Notes under the pieces: model-generated | Told to the model about the DNA's origin: nothing | The model's database searches: none | What the model saw: the letters and a program-made list of their open reading frames with translations, nothing else | Origin: the human T2T-CHM13v2.0 reference genome, Homo sapiens | NCBI RefSeq assembly: GCF_009914755.1 | Contig: NC_060942.1 | Reading direction: 5' to 3' (one strand) | Length of the DNA: 64,000 nucleotides | Made by a program: the position numbers and the translations under genes | Part shown: one piece after another, positions 51,165 through 64,000 of the stretch | Numbering within the stretch: position 1 is the first letter of the stretch | Layout of the letters: each line of letters opens with the position of its first letter

Positions 51165-51303
51165 TTGCTGGAAAGAGTGAAAATGCAGTTGGCTTCTTTC
51201 CTGGAAGATCCTCAGTATCAAGACCAACATTCTTTGCATACAGAGATCATAAAAACATTTGGTAGAGTTGGCCCTAACGCAGAACCCAGGTTCCGAGATG
51301 AGT
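51165..51303 (+). CDS. RELCH: RELCH coding exon (LLERVKMQLASFLEDPQYQDQHSLHTEIIKTFGRVGPNAEPRFRDE)
   Basis: weak tttaag acceptor / GAGT|gtaagt; 139 nt, phase 0-1. Confidence 0.92.
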
Positions 51304-51508
51304 GTAAGTTGCATTTTTCTACCTTTTTCCTGAATTGTAATGTAAGATCAAAGCTAGACACTCCTCTGAGGCCTTGTCATGTATTAAAATTTTGGTGCAT
51401 TTGTCATGTGTTAAAGCCTTGTGTACTGAAAGCCTTGTGTACTCTTGTGTACTGAAAGCTAAACATGAAACAAGTTAGTTATTGTGAATTAATCAGTATT
51501 GATATTAG

Positions 51509-51838
<330 letters not shown>

Positions 51839-52716
51839 TAAGTATACAGATGGTCTTATACTGTATACTGATTGCTGTAAGACATATGAAGAGTAACTCA
51901 AACTTAATTTCAAGTTATTTTAGAAATATTTCTTAATAACTGCTAATTGCTAAATACTGTGCTGCCTTAGAGTTTATTTTTTATTTTTAAGGAAATTTTT
52001 GTGTGTTTCTAGACATGTTCTTATGAAAAACAGACATTTCTTCCACTTAGCATGCCATTCAGCACGATACATAACTTTGTTTTAATTCATAGCTTGTTGA
52101 TCTGCTACATGATCTTCCACAATTGTCTGCCTTTTTTCTCTAGATTTTACAGAGTCTCTTTTACTGTGGGCCTCAACATTTATGGCCACAATTTCTTTGG
52201 ATAGCATCAAAGCATTAAGAACTTATGACTCCAAAAGCATATCAGTTGTCATAGCTCTTTTATTTTTAGCAATTTGACATGCTCTAGAGAGGGCCACAAG
52301 TTGGGTCACTTAAATCAGTTTAGTTTCTAGTACATTATTTTATTCTCCGGCAGACTGTTACATATCCAGGCTGGCATATGACTCTTTAAGATAAGAGTCA
52401 TCAACAAAAAATACTAAGTCAGGATTTGGACTGCAGTGTCCAAAAAATCGATTGAAGGCATGCACACTGATCAAACTATAGAAACACAGTCATGACCTTT
52501 TTTTTCACTAGGTAAGTGTCTTTATAATTAGCCAACTAACAGAAGAAAGTTGATATTTTAGTTAGCACTAGGGATAGTTCCACATGTTGCAGTGTCAAAT
52601 TTACAGGTGATTCTAGGTAGGAACTCTGAAGGTGCTTTGACTTTTCGAGGCTGTAGTTGCTCTGAGGCAAGGAGACCAACTCTTGGCTGCTGGATTAAAG
52701 GATAGGCTCAACAGGC

Positions 52717-52851
52717 AATGGGTCTTTGGTGTGTGCCATGTTGTCAAGTTAAATGGGTGTTTGATATGTTGTCATGTTAAACGGGTCTTTGGTGTGTGCA
52801 GTGTTGTTGCATTAAATGGGTCCTTGCTGTGTGCCGTGTCATATAGTTAAA
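52717..52851. repeat. Degenerate minisatellite, about 4 copies of a 30-35 bp unit
   Basis: aatgggtctttggtgtgtgccatgttgtcaagtta and variants. Confidence 0.8.
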
Positions 52852-53974
52852 ACTTTTCTAGAGCATGATTTGACCTTTCTATGTATATTCAAAAGAAAGA
52901 CTCATGATAATCTGGGAAGAATCCATCTGGATTCTTATAGGATCTGCTCCAATTATTTTGTTGATTCTTCGGAATCTTTTTTCAGTAATACTGGGACTAT
53001 AGTTATTTTTCAAATTAAACATAGTGTCAATATCTTAATTTCTCTTTCTAGAATTTTCAAGAATATCTAAAAATAACCCTTCCATTTTATTTGACAGTTT
53101 TATTGTAGAATAGATACCTACCTATCAAATTTGTAGGAGTTGTTCAAGAGGAAAAAATGAATTTTCTTCTCATAATGGCCCCCAAATAACAATTAAAGGT
53201 TGTTTTGGGAACAGATTGAGGTGAGAAATTCCCACTGCTTGAATAGTTCTAGTAAACCATTATCCTTAAAGCCTCCTGCAACTTACTGTGTACCCACAAG
53301 TATGTCTTATACAGTCTTCTTTCACATTTTGATACAACCAGATTTTTTTAAGATAAAAATTAGCCTTTTTTTCCACCTTTGTACTTACTTCCCAGTCAAG
53401 TGGCTTCTCTTTTGCTTTAGAACTTACCCTGAGGAATTTAGTACTCTATATTAATAAGATAAATATTGAAGTAGAACCTGTATGAAGAATGCGATAGTGT
53501 TATTCCTAAGTATTTATAGACAATTGGCTTTGGGAGTTTGGAGGATGGACAGAGAATTTCTGGGTGGTAACGTCTCCCTTGGAGTGGCATTTTGGGTATT
53601 TAGGTATTTGCCCCTCTATTTCTTGGCTAATAGAGGACATTAGTTCTTTCAGTGGCCCTTGTTCTTTCCCAATTGTTAGTTATCACAGGACCTTTGGTCT
53701 TGTTTTTATTTTTAGGAACCAGTTGTTTTATCTGGAACACCGTAGAGTTGTTTTTTGTTTTCAGCTATTTTACTTAGTAAGACTCTCTGAAAATGTTCAG
53801 TCGTACATTGGAGATTTTCTGAAGTGGCAATTTTCCATTTCTGATTTTTTCCCCTAAGTTTCTTGTTTGAGGTCTGGGCCCATTTATTCAAACAAACAAA
53901 CAAAAATAGGACAAGATTCCCTTTATGACTATTGGATCTACCCCAGAATATTTTTGAACGTTTTCTGATATACA

Positions 53975-54247
<273 letters not shown>

Positions 54248-54339
54248 TAAAGAAAAAGGCTTCTGCAGTGACTTTATGTTATGTATTTCCTCTTTTTCTT
54301 TCCCACTGAAGGTCAGTTTTAGAATTAGCCTGTCTAAGT

Positions 54340-54647
54340 CAGGCATGGTGCCACGTGTCTATAGTCCCACCTACTCAGAAGCTGAGGTGGGAGGATCACT
54401 TGAGGCCAGGAGTTCAACACCAGCCTGAGCAACACAGCAAGATAAGTCCCTACAAAAGATGTTTAAAAATTAGCTAGGCATGGTGGCACGTATCTGTAGT
54501 CCATCAACTCGGGAGGCCAAGGCAGGAAGATCACTTGAGTCCAAGTGTTTGAGGCTGTGGTGCACTATGATTGCACCTGTGAATAGTCATTGCATTCCAG
54601 CCCAAGCAACAGAGCAAGACCCCATCTCTTAATAAAAAAGAAAGAAT
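54340..54647 (+). mobile_element. Ancient Alu dimer (FLAM-like left arm plus FAM-like right arm)
   Basis: Right arm retains gtgcactatgattgcacctgtgaatagtcattgc. Confidence 0.8.
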
Positions 54648-56213
54648 GATATCCATCTGGGTTATTATTAAATCATCTCCTGGTCCTTCATCTCCTACTG
54701 CTTTTAACCATCTGTCTACATCTGAGGGGTTAACTGTTAAGTGAATTAATTAATACATATGTGGTACCCCAGGACAATATGTGTGTAGTGAAATCTGAAT
54801 TCTATAGTAAAGTTCTGTCTGTCTTCCTGAGAATTAGGAAGATCCTTAATTAGAGGCTTTAACTTCCTTGAGACTACAGTTTAAATGAACTTCTATAGAT
54901 TTCTTCTAGTCAAGCAATTTTAAGGGGATATTATGCAGTGTGATTGTTGCATTTCTGAGAAAAACCTTGTAAAAAGGTCAGAGACTCAGGAGAAGATGAA
55001 ATAAAGGAACCATATATGAATAGATAAAGTGAAAGAATGATAAGTTTCTGAATGTTTGGGCAGAAATGAACTAGTGAGTCTTTGAGAGAGACTTAGAGTC
55101 ACTATTTTGTTGAGGCCTCAGCGTGCCAATTAATGAAGCTTTCAACTGAATGTTTGGAGTTTTTGTTTCCTAATTTGTTCTAGAGCTCCTCATAAATATA
55201 CTGTTATTAATTTTGACAAGTCAAAAGGTCCCCTAAAAATGATCATTGTTATTCTGAGTTTTTGTGGGGTTTTACTAAGCTAAGCATGAAAGTTGTGATT
55301 ATTGCCCCAGCTTATTTAGGATGCAGGAGTTTTTCCAGTAGAAGATTATGACTTTATATACACAAACTCAGTGCAAACAAGAAAGGGGTCACTACAGTTG
55401 GTCAGCAGTTGATGCTTATGGGTGGCGTTTTGTGATCCTCAACCAAGCAGAGACTAGAAAGGGGTTGTGTGATTGGTCTTGTGATTAACAATTTAACAAT
55501 CACTGACCCTGAAGCCATTTCTTCAAAGAGCCCTGGTTTTAGTGGGAAATGGTACCCAGAAAACACAATCTTAGGCTCTAGAGGTGCTCATTGCTACTGA
55601 ATTGGTTTTTGTTTCTTGGACCATTGCTTTTATTTAGCAGTAGGTTGAAATTTTATGTTACTCTTTGAGGGTATTAAACTCATTGAATAACTTGAAAACT
55701 CAGCCGCCAGTGCTGTTTGACATTGGTCTTTGCTAAGAATTTGAGAAACTAAAGCTGATAATAGTATTCTGAAGGAGTGAAATAATAGGTTGTTGAAAAA
55801 GAATATACTCTTTTGATTTCATAGCAATGGTAATATTTTATTTTTATGGAGAAACTTAACTGCAAGTATAAATAATACAAGAGGTATGTTGTTTATAATT
55901 ATTTGGGCTTCATTTTTCAAACTGGGAAACTGAATTACAGTGAGGCCAAATAATCTATATACATCCTCATAATTAGGTAATAGTGACAGTACTAAAATTT
56001 GTTTCCCCCAAATGCCAGATCACTTTTTATTTTGAAAAACTACTTTCTTCCCTAGTTAAGAAAAAGCAAGTATAAGATATGGGTAATCTTTTGAAGTCAT
56101 TCAGAATTAAAATGAAATTTCATAAATTAAAGTGATAAATTATTGTTAAAGTGTGTCAGGGTTTTGTATGCATGTTTTGGGTAAAAATTTAACCCTTTTT
56201 TTTCTGTTTTCAG

Positions 56214-56330
56214 TTGTTATACCACATTTGCATAAGTTAGCCTTGGTGAACAACTTACAGATTGTGGATTCTAAAAGACTGGACATTGCTACGCATCTTT
56301 TTGAAGCCTACAGTGCACTTTCCTGTTGTT
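56214..56330 (+). CDS. RELCH: RELCH coding exon (FVIPHLHKLALVNNLQIVDSKRLDIATHLFEAYSALSCC)
   Basis: gttttcag acceptor; followed by the U12 donor gtatcctt; 117 nt, phase 1-1. Confidence 0.93.
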
Positions 56331-60405
<4,075 letters not shown>

Positions 60406-60494
60406 TCATTTCAGAGGATTTAATGGTTAATCACTTTTTACCTGGTCTCAGATGTTTACGGACTGACATGGAACATCTCTCTCCAGAGCATGAG
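60406..60494 (+). CDS. RELCH: RELCH coding exon (FISEDLMVNHFLPGLRCLRTDMEHLSPEHE)
   Basis: ccaag acceptor after a U12 branch point / GAG|gtgagc; 89 nt, phase 1-0. Confidence 0.93.
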
Positions 60495-60999
60495 GTGAGC
60501 CACTGTGATTACCAGTGCCATATTCATGTTTTAATACCTCATATATAGACTTGCAGTCTTCTCTATGTGAGGCTTATGATATGCTGTAATTTTTTTAAAT
60601 CTAGCTCAATGTCATTTTATCGATTTATTTACTAGATGCGATATCTTCAGCAACTCCTTTCACATCTTTAAGCCTCTCTTTAATTGTCTACAGTAGGGAT
60701 AATACACTCTCCTTCACTTAATATAATGAGACTTTAATAAGATAATGTATGTGAAAATTTTTAACTATAAAATATTAGTTCTCTCTGACCATCAACTTTC
60801 TTAAGTGCAGTTTCTATTTTCCATCTTCATTTCTTCATAACTATTTTATTTCATTCTATTTGTCTCCTGTTTCCCCTCGTTTCCTCCAAATCCCTGTTTA
60901 TCATTTATTTTCTATTCTGTATCTTCAACCTATTTTTCCATCAGCTTTTCCTTTTACGATGTTTGACTCTCCACTCCTAAATAGCAAAACCTTCCTTTC

Positions 61000-62030
61000 A
61001 TCCCTCTCCAAGTCTCTTATTCTTCCTGATCATCCACATTTACTCTCTCAACTTTTACAGTGTCTATTGGTACATCATATTCCCTGCATCACACTAATCC
61101 ATTGAAACTGCCATCTTTAAGATCACTCATGACCAAGCTGCCACCCTGATAGGACTTTTTTTTAGTTCTTATAGCTTCACGTCTCTCTGCAGCATTTTCT
61201 GATTCAAAACTCCTGTGGCTCCTGGGACTCCACTTCTATTCCTGTTTTTTTCTTACTTCTCTAGTCAGTTCTTCCCAATCTCCCCTCCTTTCTTACCTCA
61301 CCTTTTCATTCATTAGAATTACTCTCCATGAACAAGTTCATCCATACTCATCATCTAACTTGCCTTTACTATATGTTAATATCACACAAGTTTCATCTTC
61401 TGCTCTAACCCCATGCTGGAGCCATAGAACTTCATGGCTCACTGCCATCTGTCTATTCCACCTGCATGTCCTACAGGCATCATTTAAAATTCAGCATGGC
61501 CAATCCCCTCAACCAGAATTACTCTCTGTCTCCCACTTTGGCTAATGCCATACTGCTTTCTCCCCAAGTCATATATCTGATAGTTAACATAGAGTATGTC
61601 CAATTAGTTCTTTAATTTCATAATGTCTTTCTAATCTCTTCCGTTTCTTTATACCTGTGCCACCCTGTTAGTTGAATCTCATTCAATGAGATTATTGTTA
61701 TCTCATTGAAACCATTGTAGAATATCCTAATTTTTCTCCAATCTTAGCTCTCTACTGTTGTTTCTCACTACAGCCAAAGTACTTTTCCTAAAGTATAAAT
61801 CTCTTCGTGTTATTCTCCTATTAAAAACCCTTTACAAGTTTCTTACATACAAGGCCTTTTATCATCTGACACCTGTTCATCTTGATAGTTTCATCCTGCG
61901 CCCTTTCTCCTCCATCACACACTCTGCCCCAGCCATGCCAAACTAATTCATCTCCACCATATAACATCGTCTTTTCTTCCATGCCTTTGCCTATTCTCTT
62001 CCCTCTGTCAAAAGAATGCCATTTCATAAT
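61000..62030 (+). mobile_element. Degenerate L2
   Basis: Pyrimidine-rich L2-like motifs (cactacagccaaagt..ttcctaaa, catgcctttgc). Confidence 0.6.
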
Positions 62031-62075
62031 GCAAAGTGTAGAATATACACTCAAAGGCTATATTACATATCTGTT

Positions 62076-62505
62076 TGTATTAGTCAGGGTTCTCCAGAGA
62101 AGCAAAACCAAAATGATATATTAAGAGATTTATTTTAAGGAATTGGCTTATGCAGTTGAGGGGGCTGGCAAGTCCAAAATATGTAGGAGAGACCATAAGG
62201 CAGAACACTCAGGCAGGAATTGATGTTTCAGGCTTCAGTCCAAAATACGGAGGGCAGGCTGATAACTCAAGCAGTATTTGAGGCAGATTCCTTCTTCAGG
62301 AAACCTCACTTTTTGCTCATAAAGCCTTCAACTGCTTGGGTGAGACCTACCCATATTTTTTAGGGCAATAATCTCCTTTACTTAGAATTAATTTATTGTG
62401 ATGTTCATCACATCTACAGAATACCTTCACAGCAATGCCTGGGTCACTGTTTGATTAAATAACTGGGTGCTATATCCTAGCCAAATTGACACAAAAGACT
62501 ATGAC
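62076..62505. mobile_element. MLT2 (ERVL) LTR
   Basis: tgtattagtcagggttctccagaga..gagatttattttaaggaattggctta..ctagccaaattgacaca. Confidence 0.85.
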
Positions 62506-62589
62506 TATCAGTCTTGTTTAAGAAACAGTTATACTGTCACAAAGTTGATGGGGGAAAAAAGAAGGAAAAATTTTTAAAATAATAATAAT

Positions 62590-64000
62590 TAAACTAACAC
62601 CCATGTAATTACTACCTAGCTTAAGAAATAGAAAATTACCAGTATCTTAAAAGTTCCATATATGCCCCTCCCTAATCATGTCCCTCTCATGTGCTCCTCC
62701 AAGTTTAACACTTGCCCAGAATTTTATATTTTCATACTTTGTTTTTCTTATTGTTTTACCACATATTTATTTATCCCTAAACAACATATTGTTTAATTTT
62801 GCATATTTCTCCTATCCTGTATATATGGAATCTCCTGTATGTATTCTTATATGATTTGCTTTTTTCACTCATTTTGTTTATAAATTTCATTCTTATTGAT
62901 ATTTGCAAAAGTAGTTATTTTATTGTCCTTACTGAATAGTATTCCTTTGTATGATTATGCCATAGTTTATCCATTCTTCTTTCTGGGAAAATAGGTGATA
63001 TTTCCAGTATTTTGTTATTATAAACAGAATTACAAGCATCTTATGATGCACATGTACAAAAGTTTGTCTGTGAGATACAAACTGGGAGTAGAATCAACAG
63101 ATTGTACAGTGTATACACTTTCAGTTTTGCCAGCTAATGCTAAATTGTTTTCCAAAATGCTAACAATTTATACCCCTATAGGCAGTGTATGGGAGTACTC
63201 TTTTAGTTCTTATGTTTGCCAACACTTGGTATTGTTAAACTTTCTAATTTAGTGGATATAAAATTACCATTATGTTTCTGATTTGCATTTCTCTAATTAC
63301 TGTCAAGTTTGAGCATCCTTTGGTATGCTTATTGATGAGTTGTGTTCTTCTATTAAAGTCTATTTAGGTTTTCTGCCTATTTTTCATTTAGGCTGTCTTA
63401 ACCGTTACTTTTTGGAAGTTCATTATATATCTGGAATATACCAATACTTAGTCAATTTTATGTTTTATGAATATCTGTTTCCAATTTATGACATGTCTTT
63501 TCATATTTTTGGCATCTTCGAACACTGATTCTTAATTTTTTAATAGTCAGATTTATTGATCATTTATAAAAGACATTATTTCCTATACTTCTGAAATTTT
63601 TTTAAATTGACTTTATACAATAAAATTATTAATTTTACTAGAATTGGTTTTTATGTATGATGTGAGCTAGCATTCCAATTATATTTCTTTTCCTATATGG
63701 ACAATCTGTTATTTCAGTATGTTTTTTGAACCGTTCATCCTTTTTGCACTGATTGGCAATGCTGCCTCTGTCATACATGAAGTTCCAGTGTATGTACGTG
63801 CCTGTTATTGGGGAACATTCTTTCTCACTGGTTTCTTTGTCAATTATTATAAAAATGATATGTTGTCTTCATTACAGTTGTCTTGTTTAAAAGTCCAGAA
63901 ATCCAGTAGGACAAGTCCAGCATCCTGTCCTTTTTTAGAAATGTTTTGACTGTTCATGACCCTTACCTTCCTCATATAAAGTTTAGTATTATATTGACAA
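62590..64000 (-). mobile_element. Old L1 (L1ME-type) 3' region
   Basis: tgatttgcttttttcactca..tttgcatttctctaattact..ttggtttttatgtatgatgtgag. Confidence 0.75.

Noticed and set aside
52717-52851. Spaced ~35-bp repeats resembling a CRISPR array
   Set aside because: Eukaryotic context, no unique spacers and no cas genes; an ordinary degenerate minisatellite.

Overview
This is AT-rich, Alu/L1-containing primate genomic DNA, almost certainly human. The + strand carries the middle-to-3' part of RELCH (KIAA1468; RAB11-binding LisH/coiled-coil/HEAT protein). I traced 17 constitutive-looking coding exons plus a duplicated exon pair, all joining in phase from VSRIADSEK to LSPEHE. Notable splicing features are two tandem-duplicated 83-nt exons that look mutually exclusive (48633-48715 and 49219-49301), a U12-type GT-AG intron (56331-60405), a candidate 24-nt in-frame microexon flanked by TGCATG motifs (1399-1422), and an exon junction that regenerates its own 5' splice site. 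The main hunt result lies on the - strand between about 1 and 19550, in the non-repetitive parts of the RELCH introns. There a chain of AG...GT-bounded segments splices in consistent phase and translates to a stop-interrupted protein with recurring L..(K/C)F..W motifs resembling Sfi1 repeats. I interpret it as a candidate decayed multi-exon gene (unitary pseudogene) interleaved antisense with RELCH. Repeat family names and boundaries are from recognition by eye, not from a RepeatMasker run.
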